Shown piece after piece: positions 53,276 through 63,221 of a stretch of DNA of 64,000 nt. Source of the DNA: a virus; the IMG/VR virus record IMGVR_UViG_3300049491_001102, positions 1-64,000 of that record; one strand, given 5' to 3'. The translations under genes were made by a program, and so were the position numbers. The notes under the pieces were generated by a model that ran no database searches, had not been told where the DNA came from, and saw nothing but the letters and a program-made list of their open reading frames with translations. Each line of letters begins with the position of its first letter. The stretch's first letter is position 1.

Positions 53276-55360
53276 TTACACCAAAGATGGGTTCCAGTAT
53301 TTGCCAGGCCACTTGTACGATGGCATGACGAAATGATCTTCTACTATACTTATCTCAGACGGGTTCGTCCCGTCAATTTCTACTGTCATTGGTGTTCCCG
53401 GCACTTCTTGCAGTAACACCACGTGGAAAGCAAACTGATACGCTGATGTTTGAACAGTGTTTCCATTGTTTATGTTGGAAACAAGTTCTTGTGCAATAAT
53501 AAACTCTGTGTCGCCCATTTGAGCAACATAAGAGAATCTAATGCCATCTATTGTTACAGAATAAATGTTTCCTACCGTACAAGCGTTGATCAGAATATCG
53601 GTGTGTTCAGGATTAGCAGGACTAAATGTCTCCACTATTCCCGGCTGTGAAAAATCACAGTAATGAAGTTCACGTTCTGGTCCAAGGTCGTCAATGTCGT
53701 AGATATCTCGTTCATTGCCCATAGACGGGATACTCGTCTTGAACCCCCATTCCGTGTTGAACGTCTCTTCTTCAAGTGTATCGCTATTAAACATGGCGAT
53801 AACTTCGTTGAAGGGATCGCCGAGCCACGTAAGAGTCAAACGGACATCCCAGTCCACGACATCGTAATAGTTCGAAGGGTACGGACCTATATTGTACCTG
53901 TAACCATTACCAAATGTCTCCACAACACCTGTAGTGTCAGGATACGTTGTCGTATTAAAAACAACAGCTATAGTTGCCGTTATATCTGTATAAAACGGGA
54001 ACCAGTCCATTGTTTCCCATAGAAACGGCCCATCACCACTCAATCCCCAGAATGCACCTGTGACCGTACTCCCCGAAATATCGCTGGCATCAGTGAACGC
54101 ATCAGGATCGGTACTCGCAGGCCAACCTTTGGCGAACATCTCGTAGGCGGAAGGGAACAGCGAAGGTCCGCTTTCTGCGAATTCAGCCAACTCCCAGCCT
54201 TGCGACAACACCTCCATTGACCACAAACGGGCATACCCGGGGTCGGACTGGCCGCGTGAAATAACGTTGGTGGGAAACCCAAACACCACATTGGCCGCGC
54301 CGCCGATCACTTCGATTGTCGCGATGTCCCCCTGAAGCTGAGGGAACGTCGTCAATACCAGGTAAAAACCGTCCATCACTGCGGTTAGCCCCGTGTTTGC
54401 GGCTTCCAACGCGGCCGATATCTCCGATGCCTGAACATCGTCCATGTCGGCAATCAGGTCGGTACCATCGACGGGAAGAGCAAATGCAAACAAGGCGGCT
54501 GCTGACCCGCCGGAGATCACAACCGTGGACGTGGTGCCATACGATGCGCTGACAATGGACACCGAATCCCCGGGGCCCACAACCGAGAGTGATTGCGTGG
54601 TCGCTGTGTTCACTGCGATCACGACCTCTGCGGCACTGACTGCGGTGATGTCTTGCACGTTGCCCACGCCCGCGGTGGTGGACGCAGTGGTAAATGCACT
54701 GGCTCCTGTTCCACCCAAAATTTGAATGCTCGCCGAATCCCCGAGCAAGTCGGTGACCAACTCAATGCTGCTAGGACCCGTCGGCGCAACCGAGACACCG
54801 AGCAGCGCGAGGCTCAGAACTGCGGCGACTTCAGACTGCGTAGCTGCGGAAATATCCGCAAAGTCCTCTTCGCGGAAAACAACCGTCTTGGACGGGCTTG
54901 TGTTAACTTTAACGATCAACGTTGCACCGTGGTACAGCGCGTACGTTGGGCCAGATGATGAATCTAGAACGAGCTCGTACGCTGTTCCTTGAACCCATTG
55001 GACAGATGTCGTCGGTAAGCCATCAAATGACACATCTAGAGTGTCACTGCCACCAGACATGTCAAATGGACCTGATACACCAGAATTGACGTACCCATGA
55101 GTTCCTGGGTAGAACGCAACGTTGTGCTCAACACCGTTAACAACGATCCTGAGGTTGTACCCGATGCCTAAAGCGTACGGCGACGTATTATTCGCATGTA
55201 ACGTCGGGTACGTGCCTTTTGGTTCTTCAAACGATAAATTGCCGAAACCTGTTGATCCCCCACCACCACCGACGATTGCAGTTCCGGATCCAGAACCTGG
55301 ACCCAACGACCCGAATGCGCCAGAACCGTGGCCATGTGTGATGACAAGAGTGGCAACCAT
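53276..55360 (-). CDS. Virion structural protein with repeated beta modules
   Basis: Recurrent PYAL..G..L...VN and DI.A....EV motifs. Confidence 0.65.
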   Translation of the reverse strand: MVATLVITHGHGSGAFGSLGPGSGSGTAIVGGGGGSTGFGNLSFEEPKGTYPTLHANNTSPYALGIGYNLRIVVNGVEHNVAFYPGTHGYVNSGVSGPFDMSGGSDTLDVSFDGLPTTSVQWVQGTAYELVLDSSSGPTYALYHGATLIVKVNTSPSKTVVFREEDFADISAATQSEVAAVLSLALLGVSVAPTGPSSIELVTDLLGDSASIQILGGTGASAFTTASTTAGVGNVQDITAVSAAEVVIAVNTATTQSLSVVGPGDSVSIVSASYGTTSTVVISGGSAAALFAFALPVDGTDLIADMDDVQASEISAALEAANTGLTAVMDGFYLVLTTFPQLQGDIATIEVIGGAANVVFGFPTNVISRGQSDPGYARLWSMEVLSQGWELAEFAESGPSLFPSAYEMFAKGWPASTDPDAFTDASDISGSTVTGAFWGLSGDGPFLWETMDWFPFYTDITATIAVVFNTTTYPDTTGVVETFGNGYRYNIGPYPSNYYDVVDWDVRLTLTWLGDPFNEVIAMFNSDTLEEETFNTEWGFKTSIPSMGNERDIYDIDDLGPERELHYCDFSQPGIVETFSPANPEHTDILINACTVGNIYSVTIDGIRFSYVAQMGDTEFIIAQELVSNINNGNTVQTSAYQFAFHVVLLQEVPGTPMTVEIDGTNPSEISIVEDHFVMPSYKWPGKYWNPSLV

Positions 55361-56103
55361 TATCCAATCCTAAAGTAACCGCGAGTGTAGTTGATAGCCG
55401 CAGCAGAGGACACAATTTCGTCAACGTTGAATGGTTCAGTATTCAATAAATACGGCCCATCAGCCCCATACGTCATCGATACCTCCGTAATCGTCAATGC
55501 CCCCCGTATATCAAACGATGGTGAATTGTACGTGTTAAGCCACCATGACGATGTTGCCGGGAAAAATCCTGGAGAACGATATTGGGCTGTTAATATTTGA
55601 ATGTCACTCAGTGACATCGTAATGTTTGACTTGAATGGATGGGCTATGCGTCCATTAAAGTAGTTAGAACCACCTGCAACGCTTTGTCCAATCCTGGCAA
55701 CACCAGCAGGTGCAATAGCTCCTAAACTTGGCGGTGAAACTGTCTCAACAATTGCTGTTCCTGGACCCTGACCAACCCCAACGTACAAGTTTGTTCCGTT
55801 GTAGGAGACAACAATTGTATTCCATGTGTTTGCTACAAGCGTTGCAGAAACCGTCGTAGAATCAACTAGGTTGCCCCCGACCCAGTCGATAACTACTCGA
55901 ACTTTAAGTGAACTTTTGCAGATGATGTTTAGAGCGGAAACATTCGTCCCCAAAGCACCGTGACTGTAGATATACGCATTGGACTGTTGAGATGCATCTG
56001 GATAAACAAAAAACTGCATCAACCACCCAGTACCAGGGAGGTCTAAAGCAGCATTGTCCGCAATGGATAGGTATGTTCCTGACCCAGTGAAAAGAGCGGA
56101 CAT
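55360..56103 (-). CDS. LamG/concanavalin-like domain protein
   Basis: NTWNTIVVSYNGTNLYV, RIGQ..YFNGRI. Confidence 0.7.
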   Translation of the reverse strand: MSALFTGSGTYLSIADNAALDLPGTGWLMQFFVYPDASQQSNAYIYSHGALGTNVSALNIICKSSLKVRVVIDWVGGNLVDSTTVSATLVANTWNTIVVSYNGTNLYVGVGQGPGTAIVETVSPPSLGAIAPAGVARIGQSVAGGSNYFNGRIAHPFKSNITMSLSDIQILTAQYRSPGFFPATSSWWLNTYNSPSFDIRGALTITEVSMTYGADGPYLLNTEPFNVDEIVSSAAAINYTRGYFRIG

Positions 56104-56595
56104 TTACACCTCCACAAGAGCTGCATTCATCAGATAGGCAAGTCCAACCATTGTATCCCCGACATTGGCACCTGTGCGCCCAACACGTATACGAAATCTG
56201 TCACCAGCAGCAATGCTGCTGATATTTGCCGGTGTCAGCGTTCCAAATGACGTAACGCGTGTTGATGACAGTGTAGACCCAGGCGTATCCGTTATCGGAA
56301 GTAACGTGCCCATCGTCAGTGTATCTGTTCGGTTACCGTTATGAGCCATACGTTCGAACTCGGCAGTCCAACGGCAATTACCGGTAGTTACCGTCCAACT
56401 TGCCCAATAAAGGTATAGAAGGACATTACCCCCTCCGTACCCGTTTGGCATCACACCAGTAAAAATCTGCGTCCAGTCAGCAGCATCTGAAAACGCAGCG
56501 CTCTTGTGTCCTGTTGTCGTTTGAACAACTGGGTAGGAGTTAGATTGGAAAAATGTAGCTGCGTGTCCGTCTGCGGACCAGAGTAGTTTTGCCAT
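56104..56595 (-). CDS. Virion structural protein
   Basis: In the tail operon. Confidence 0.6.
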   Translation of the reverse strand: MAKLLWSADGHAATFFQSNSYPVVQTTTGHKSAAFSDAADWTQIFTGVMPNGYGGGNVLLYLYWASWTVTTGNCRWTAEFERMAHNGNRTDTLTMGTLLPITDTPGSTLSSTRVTSFGTLTPANISSIAAGDRFRIRVGRTGANVGDTMVGLAYLMNAALVEV

Positions 56596-56600
56596 GTGAT

Positions 56601-56927
56601 TTATCCGATGATCTCTTCATTGGAGACTACAACACCGACACCGCGTTCAACTCGAACTGAGGAGTCCGCTTCTTTCAAAGCTTGTTCCTCGGTTTTCTCC
56701 ACCATCTGCAGCATCGACGATAGAAGCTTCGTAAGATATGGGTACGGCATATCTTTGAGTTTTCCTTCTGGGTCACACAATGCACGAACATCGAGGGCTA
56801 AAGCATTGTTGGCAAAAACACGAAGCTCTTCTTGCAGCTCCGGTTTTGTCATCTCCACTGGAAGTGGAACGTTATTGGCGGCCAAGTAGGCAGTAACTCG
56901 CTTGTAGAGTTCGAGATGGTATTCCAT
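56601..56927 (-). CDS. Hypothetical protein
   Basis: Follows the tail spike gene. Confidence 0.6.
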   Translation of the reverse strand: MEYHLELYKRVTAYLAANNVPLPVEMTKPELQEELRVFANNALALDVRALCDPEGKLKDMPYPYLTKLLSSMLQMVEKTEEQALKEADSSVRVERGVGVVVSNEEIIG

Positions 56928-56934
56928 GACTTCC

Positions 56935-59900
56935 CTATGTGATCCTTAGACTTCCGTAGGCTTCAATCTCAAGACCAGCCCATACTGTGTCTGAACCGAT
57001 TGTCTCGACGCTTATAATGTCACCAGCGACAAGAGGTGTTGTTACAAGGTTTGCAGTGATAGTTGTGTTGCCCGAAGTTATAATCGGCAACGAACCGCTG
57101 ATGATTGAAGTTCCATTGGCTTTGATGTCAATGGTCAAGTTTGCGCCAGCAGCCGTGTTCAATCGTGCGCGCATGGTCGCCGGGACCCAGTTCGTCACCG
57201 CTGGGGCGATCGTTTGGCGTGGCGCAGCCGATACCCCGGCACCCGAGTTGTAGTTTGCGGGAACCGAGAAGCAAAAAGTCCCGGGGATGCCTTTGTAAGC
57301 AAGTGCCGTAGCACCAGCGTTCACAAACGGCGCCATACCAGCGCTTCCAGCCTTCGAACTAGGAACGTCCGAAAGCTGGTTAAACGTGCGGATCCAATTC
57401 GATGGTGTTGCCCGCCAGCGCGACGATGCAATGTCGTAGAGCAGGATAACTGCCTCGTTTGGTGCGACGGCCAAATCCTGGCTGTTCGGGCAGAGAATCC
57501 GGTTGATCCCCGACGACGTGACTTCATTCGCGAGTGTAATGATCGATGAACCAACGTTGATGAAGAGTTTGAGGATTGTTCCCGCGGTCGAAGACAGCGC
57601 GCCAAATCCTGTGATGGTTTGGGCCCCCGTGGCTGCTTGGCGGATCACATCCGCAATCGACCAATCCGTGGGTGTGTAGTTATCCGCTTGAGCAGCAAGT
57701 GCCGTGGGTGTGATCGTGTATTGGCCTTGTCCGGCGATTCGATTCCCGCCTAACGCCAACGTGCCCGTCATTGTTCGCGACCCGTCGAGTGGCAACAAGG
57801 CGATGCCACTAATCGACAAAATATTTGATGCTAGCGATTCCCCAATTCCATTGGTCCCGAGAATCTTAGCAAACGGAAGATCGAATCCGTTCTTAGCAAG
57901 GGCAATACCGGTCCCGGAAGCACCGGCATTCGAAGTCGTGTTGACCTCCCCCATCAAGGGGAATGCACGCCACTTCGTCGACGTTGAGTCATAGGATAAC
58001 AACACCGCTCCGCCGGGCCCGACAACAAGATCTGTTCCTCCGGGACATAAGACTTGATTGGCAGTCGCTGACCCACCATTATTGTTGTTGATCGTGAACG
58101 AATCACTCGCATCGGTATTGATGAGGATCTTCCGTGTCGTCAGCAGTCCCGTTGCCAAAAAACCGGTAAACGCTTGGCTTCCCGTGAAGCTAAACCGAAT
58201 AATGTCAGCCTTGTCGAAGTCGGTAGCCGTGTAGTCGTGCTGCGTTGCCGTTATTGTCGCTGGCGATATGAGGTTGTAACCAAGTCTCTTCAACGCGAAC
58301 GCGCCCATGTCCAACTCTGCCGTCATGGCGCGGGAGCCATCACGTGGCAGTAGTGCAGTTGCGTCGAGATTGACTAGCGTGTTCGCAGGAAAACTCCCCG
58401 GGTTGGCAATCGTCAAGCCGCCAAGACCCGCAAGTGTGCGCAGCTCAAAGTCAACGCCTGTCTTTTGGTGGTACAGCCCCACACCAGCGCCGACGTTGCT
58501 CATTGTATTGAACTCGCCAGCCGCCCCGGCACCACCGCCCGCAAGTTGCGATCCAAATTTACCCGCAGGGTAAAACTCCGCTTGGGCCGTGTTGTTCAAC
58601 GCTGTTGCGTTGCCGATAAGGACGAGGCGTGCGCAAAGGACTGCGCCACTTAAAATAGTTGGTACTGCAAACGTATCAGCAGCAATGCCCGCGATGGCAG
58701 CCGCCTTAGTGGTGTAGATCTTCTGACCATAGACCACGCGATACTCCGGGTTGATGCCCCCAGGTACCAAATAAATCCATTGGGTCGTCCATTCCGCTGC
58801 CGCAACAGATTGCAGAGTTCCCGACCCGTTGTCCCACGACCCCGGTGCAATCGAAGTCGCTGCTGCCGTGATGGTGTAGCCCGAGGGAGAACTGGGATTC
58901 CGGTAGACGTAGCGGAACGACGCTGCCGTGGCGGATGCGTCCGTGGTGATCGAAGGATATTCGCGCGCGGTCGAGTAGTTGGCACCCGCCAGCCAACTGG
59001 AACCTGCGGTTTTGTTCAACTGCAGGTTGGCACCATTCGCCGACCAAACATTTCCGCTTAGATTTACAGGACCAAAAATCTCGAAGAATGACGCAAGGTC
59101 AAATCCTTTATTGTAGGCAAGCTGCGTTACCGGTGTGATGTTGTCAATCGACGTATTATTTACGTGACTGATCTTCGCCAACGGCACAATAACGCGTCGT
59201 TGTGCTAAAGTGAACGGTGTCGCTTGTTGCACTATAGATGAGGCTGTGTCTATCCCAATCCATGTTTGTGCATTCGTTGCCAATCCACTAAGCGTTTGTG
59301 AATTGGCCATCCCCCAAGAAATCGGCTGAATAGACGGAGGATTAAGCGTGTGGTCTACGATTTGACCAAAACCGGCAGACACGTCGAAACGTGACGTGAT
59401 AGCGTCAATAGTGACAACTCCACCCGAAATAAGTCCTGTATCTTGGATGACTTGTACATCAAATGGTGAGGATGCTAGCATCAGCATCCACGTATCAATG
59501 GATTTGATGTAACGAAAACGAATTGTACTGTTACGCCTAATAAACTCGGGCCGGTAATTGAAGTTTATAGAAGACGAGAATGTGATGTCAGTGATTTGAC
59601 CTGCTGACTCAATTTCGCACTCGTCACCGTCTTGAAGGCTCGCGCTTACGCTTGGTAAGTTTATTGTGAACGTGGAAATAGACCCGTCATTTGTATTAAC
59701 GACGCGTCCTCCCCTTGGTGATGGAAATGTGTAGCTACCAGCATTAGTAAAAAAAACGTATTCTTGAACGGACCAAAGTGTCCGATACGTTCCGCCGTCA
59801 TTTAACATCAGTTGATTCATATCGGTTGCCCAGTAACGGGCACCATCAATTGATGCGGCTGGAATACTCGCCAGCAAACCGGATGTCAGAAGCTGACCAT

Positions 59901-61668
59901 TGTATTGGCGCCAGTCCGTACCATCCGTAACTTCACCTTGGAGGGTGGACGTGTTGAAATACGTCGACCCAATCGGCAACGAGTTAGCTGCAGGTCGTGC
60001 ACCCGTTGTTCCAAACAGTGGCGTGTATGCGAAAATCTTCCAACCGGTGTTAACCGTGTTGGTTGTTTTCACATAGACCATCAAACGCTCGTTCGCCGCC
60101 GCGTAGTCAAGGCACAAGGACCCCTTGTCCGCTGCGAGCACACCTTCTGGGGTGCCATTGTTGGAGTAGAAGCGCACGTTCCCCGACGTGCCAATCTTCA
60201 ACCCACCATTTTGAGCGATCATCGTCGCCCATTGGTCAGACGACGTTGCTTTGGCCGAAAAGACATCAGTAGCGCCAAAAGCTACGCGGAACAGATCAGC
60301 GGAGAACTCAATCAACTGGTCCGAAATTTCCCATGCATCGGTGGTCGCCAATGTGGCAGCCGGCTGCGTGGATTTTATGGTCAGGAGTTGCGTTGCGTGC
60401 ACCGCTTTGGTGACATGGTTCGCAAACGAGCAACCGATGAGCTTCAACGCTTCCGACTTTGCACACCAAATCCCGTAGCTGTTCGCATCGAACACCACGG
60501 TGTCGCAGGTCAAGTTCATCAACGAGTCGAGAACATCGTTGTCCGTAAAAATACCGCGGGAGTTCCCCGCGATGCGGCAATTCGAAACGCGGTTAGCGAG
60601 TGAAGCTACAGCCGCAAACGTGATGCGCTGGAACTGAACACCACCGCCGGTGAGCGCACCAACGTTTCCGTTGTTCAGGATTTCCGAGTCGAGAAGTTCA
60701 ATGTTGTGCGAGTCGTTGAAGATCAAGCCTGTAGGGAAATCTGAAACTTTGCACGATTGAAACGAGGTCAACGTGTTGTCGAGCGATGGTGACCCCGCAA
60801 TCCTTCCCCGGTACCCCACTGCGGTGCCGGTGTTTTGGCCCCCACCTTTGAGTGCGAGCGCACGGAAATATGTGCCCGCCATGGTGGTGCTGGGCGACAC
60901 ATAGGAGAGAAAGTCCCCCGTGGTCTTTGCGTACCGCAAGATCGACACGGCCGAGCCGGCGCCAACAAAGGCTTCGGTACCCGACAATGTGAGCTCGTTC
61001 GAATACCACTCACCCGGTGGAATGAAGATCGGCAAGCCAGTCGAATTGCTCGCCGCGATTGCGGCTTGAATGGCAATCGTGTTGGCTGTGGCATAGCTGC
61101 CAGACCCTGCCACAGCGCCGAACTTGCGAATGTCGATGATGACCGCGTTGGCGCCACCGACCGCCATGACAAGCTCGTGCCACGACCGAAACCAACCCGT
61201 GTAATCGTAAGTTCCGATTGTTCCGGGGCTCCCGGCGACGAATTCATTATCTTCTGATGCTGCAACAAAAGCAGGACCTGAATTGATAAGAGAGGCTAAA
61301 GGATCAGCCACCTCGTTAAATGCCGGTATGGCTAATCCTGCCGGTGTGCGAACACGGAATAGTCTGGTCGTTACCTCGGACTCATCAGGCAATCCAACAT
61401 TTGTAACGAGACGAATACGGTACGTTCCGGGGCATCCGGCGGTCGGTGTAAACGTCCATACTAATGGATTTCCTGTTACTGCAAGAGTTGGAACAGCGGT
61501 TGTGTCACCGATAGGAATCCAAAGCAAAGAAAACGTTGCAGTGGTTGCGCCAGGATTTGTTGCGGTCAAAGTGACCACAGCACCAGTAGCCAGACCATCA
61601 GATCGCGTCCGGCCGTTTGTTCCGGCAGGAAGGCCAACCTGGTCAATTCGCATTTCCGCAACTGCCAT
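56935..61668 (-). CDS. Tail fibre/spike with pectate-lyase-like beta-helix (depolymerase candidate)
   Basis: DIRKFGA..NTIAIQAAI..IFIPPG beta-helix cap; GTTGARP; duplicated C-terminal modules. Confidence 0.8.
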   Translation of the reverse strand: MAVAEMRIDQVGLPAGTNGRTRSDGLATGAVVTLTATNPGATTATFSLLWIPIGDTTAVPTLAVTGNPLVWTFTPTAGCPGTYRIRLVTNVGLPDESEVTTRLFRVRTPAGLAIPAFNEVADPLASLINSGPAFVAASEDNEFVAGSPGTIGTYDYTGWFRSWHELVMAVGGANAVIIDIRKFGAVAGSGSYATANTIAIQAAIAASNSTGLPIFIPPGEWYSNELTLSGTEAFVGAGSAVSILRYAKTTGDFLSYVSPSTTMAGTYFRALALKGGGQNTGTAVGYRGRIAGSPSLDNTLTSFQSCKVSDFPTGLIFNDSHNIELLDSEILNNGNVGALTGGGVQFQRITFAAVASLANRVSNCRIAGNSRGIFTDNDVLDSLMNLTCDTVVFDANSYGIWCAKSEALKLIGCSFANHVTKAVHATQLLTIKSTQPAATLATTDAWEISDQLIEFSADLFRVAFGATDVFSAKATSSDQWATMIAQNGGLKIGTSGNVRFYSNNGTPEGVLAADKGSLCLDYAAANERLMVYVKTTNTVNTGWKIFAYTPLFGTTGARPAANSLPIGSTYFNTSTLQGEVTDGTDWRQYNGQLLTSGLLASIPAASIDGARYWATDMNQLMLNDGGTYRTLWSVQEYVFFTNAGSYTFPSPRGGRVVNTNDGSISTFTINLPSVSASLQDGDECEIESAGQITDITFSSSINFNYRPEFIRRNSTIRFRYIKSIDTWMLMLASSPFDVQVIQDTGLISGGVVTIDAITSRFDVSAGFGQIVDHTLNPPSIQPISWGMANSQTLSGLATNAQTWIGIDTASSIVQQATPFTLAQRRVIVPLAKISHVNNTSIDNITPVTQLAYNKGFDLASFFEIFGPVNLSGNVWSANGANLQLNKTAGSSWLAGANYSTAREYPSITTDASATAASFRYVYRNPSSPSGYTITAAATSIAPGSWDNGSGTLQSVAAAEWTTQWIYLVPGGINPEYRVVYGQKIYTTKAAAIAGIAADTFAVPTILSGAVLCARLVLIGNATALNNTAQAEFYPAGKFGSQLAGGGAGAAGEFNTMSNVGAGVGLYHQKTGVDFELRTLAGLGGLTIANPGSFPANTLVNLDATALLPRDGSRAMTAELDMGAFALKRLGYNLISPATITATQHDYTATDFDKADIIRFSFTGSQAFTGFLATGLLTTRKILINTDASDSFTINNNNGGSATANQVLCPGGTDLVVGPGGAVLLSYDSTSTKWRAFPLMGEVNTTSNAGASGTGIALAKNGFDLPFAKILGTNGIGESLASNILSISGIALLPLDGSRTMTGTLALGGNRIAGQGQYTITPTALAAQADNYTPTDWSIADVIRQAATGAQTITGFGALSSTAGTILKLFINVGSSIITLANEVTSSGINRILCPNSQDLAVAPNEAVILLYDIASSRWRATPSNWIRTFNQLSDVPSSKAGSAGMAPFVNAGATALAYKGIPGTFCFSVPANYNSGAGVSAAPRQTIAPAVTNWVPATMRARLNTAAGANLTIDIKANGTSIISGSLPIITSGNTTITANLVTTPLVAGDIISVETIGSDTVWAGLEIEAYGSLRIT

Positions 61669-61703
61669 GCCCGGAATGTACCAGGCTTCATGGCCGCGAG
61701 CGA

Positions 61704-63221
61704 CTACATCGGAAGACCTGTTTCACCATCCGTCAACGTTACAGTGCCCAAAACAGGGAACTCAAAGAGTTGCAACTGCAAATCTTCGTGTTCTCCATTC
61801 AGCATGTAATGATGAGGCGAGTCGCCGATTTTGAGCACACCAGTTGATGACTTGATGATATCAGCGATCAACGGGCCTAATAGTGGTATCTCCAAAGACG
61901 GACTTCCATCTGATTTTAAGTCCGCAAAGCCAAACCCAATCTTTGTGTTTGGAGTCCCATCCGGGTTTTTTAATGCGAAGTACGAGTCAAGTGTAGTCCG
62001 AATGGCGTTGCCAACGATAGACGCGATTGTTCCGTATCGACGGAATATCGTGGCATCCACGTTAACTATCTTGTAGACGGGGTCTTCAACGCTTAGCCGA
62101 AATGTGATGGTATGCTTCTTCGTAACAGATACAGCCGTGTAAACAGCATCTTTTAGCGTTTGAGTTGGCAGTCCACCACCATCGGGTACGATGTATAAAA
62201 ACCCGCGATTCTCCGCAACCCCAGGCGCCTGGTCGGACGTCAGCATCAATGCGCGAGCAACCCCAGGAACAAGCTCAGCCTCGATCTCATAATCCTCGCG
62301 CGCGACTACCCGATCGGAAACCCGCAAAGACCTGGGCGCTTGCTCCTTGATTTGCGCCACGGACATGCGGTCTTCGCCGCCGCTCGCTTGCAGTGGATTG
62401 TTAACGCTGACCTGAACGGGGCTCCCCAGCACGTCGGTGAACGTGCCGGGGATGACTTTGATGGTGTTGGCGTCCACGTTCCCCGCCGCACCGCCGCCAA
62501 TCTTGTACCGAGCCACGATGGTGCCCGCAGGAATTTGCCCATTAACGCCATCGCCGAATACAACGCGTGCACGATCGTTTTGGTCCACCACGATGTAGAA
62601 ATCCCGATCGATCGCCGACGAATCCAAGAGGTTGTCCACCTCGGTATATGCGCCGTTGGCTGCCGTGAGGATGATCGAGCCGTCAAGGTAGGGGATCCCC
62701 GCTAGGAAGAATGACTGGTCCGCTAAATTGCTGGAAACGAACGCTTCGTCGTAGTTGGTGGAGTTCTCGACATCCACCATGGCTTGAGGCGGATTAGTGC
62801 CGCCGGGGATCGTCACGTCCGTCAAAATCTGAAACGTCACTGGGTCGGTGACGTCCTGCGTGCGCACAACTTGCTCTGCGGGAATGATGACGTCGTTAAC
62901 TGGAACATCCGCGAGCGTGAGTGTGACCGTTGCTGAAGCTGCGGCCGCACCAGGTACAGAGAAACCAAGCATCTTTGCTAATGCAAGAACGTTGGATCTC
63001 ATTCTCGCATCTGTAAGGCGCGACTCAGCAGCTTGATTATCCATGTAGAAGGATAAAATATCCCCTACGTAGCTCATCAAGCCTTTCAGGATGTTACCGA
63101 AATTGGCAACTGTGTCATTGGACCAATCTGGGAACACACTCTGCGTCAGCAAAGTTAGCCGTGCATAAATGGAGTCATAATCCTTGTCAGTGTAATCAAG
63201 GTTCTGGGGTAAAACTGTCAT
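61704..63221 (-). CDS. Baseplate J / wedge protein
   Basis: DYTDKDY, ALAKMLG, FGDGVNG.IP, GG..GNV, GGED, RVVAREDYE. Confidence 0.92.
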   Translation of the reverse strand: MTVLPQNLDYTDKDYDSIYARLTLLTQSVFPDWSNDTVANFGNILKGLMSYVGDILSFYMDNQAAESRLTDARMRSNVLALAKMLGFSVPGAAAASATVTLTLADVPVNDVIIPAEQVVRTQDVTDPVTFQILTDVTIPGGTNPPQAMVDVENSTNYDEAFVSSNLADQSFFLAGIPYLDGSIILTAANGAYTEVDNLLDSSAIDRDFYIVVDQNDRARVVFGDGVNGQIPAGTIVARYKIGGGAAGNVDANTIKVIPGTFTDVLGSPVQVSVNNPLQASGGEDRMSVAQIKEQAPRSLRVSDRVVAREDYEIEAELVPGVARALMLTSDQAPGVAENRGFLYIVPDGGGLPTQTLKDAVYTAVSVTKKHTITFRLSVEDPVYKIVNVDATIFRRYGTIASIVGNAIRTTLDSYFALKNPDGTPNTKIGFGFADLKSDGSPSLEIPLLGPLIADIIKSSTGVLKIGDSPHHYMLNGEHEDLQLQLFEFPVLGTVTLTDGETGLPM

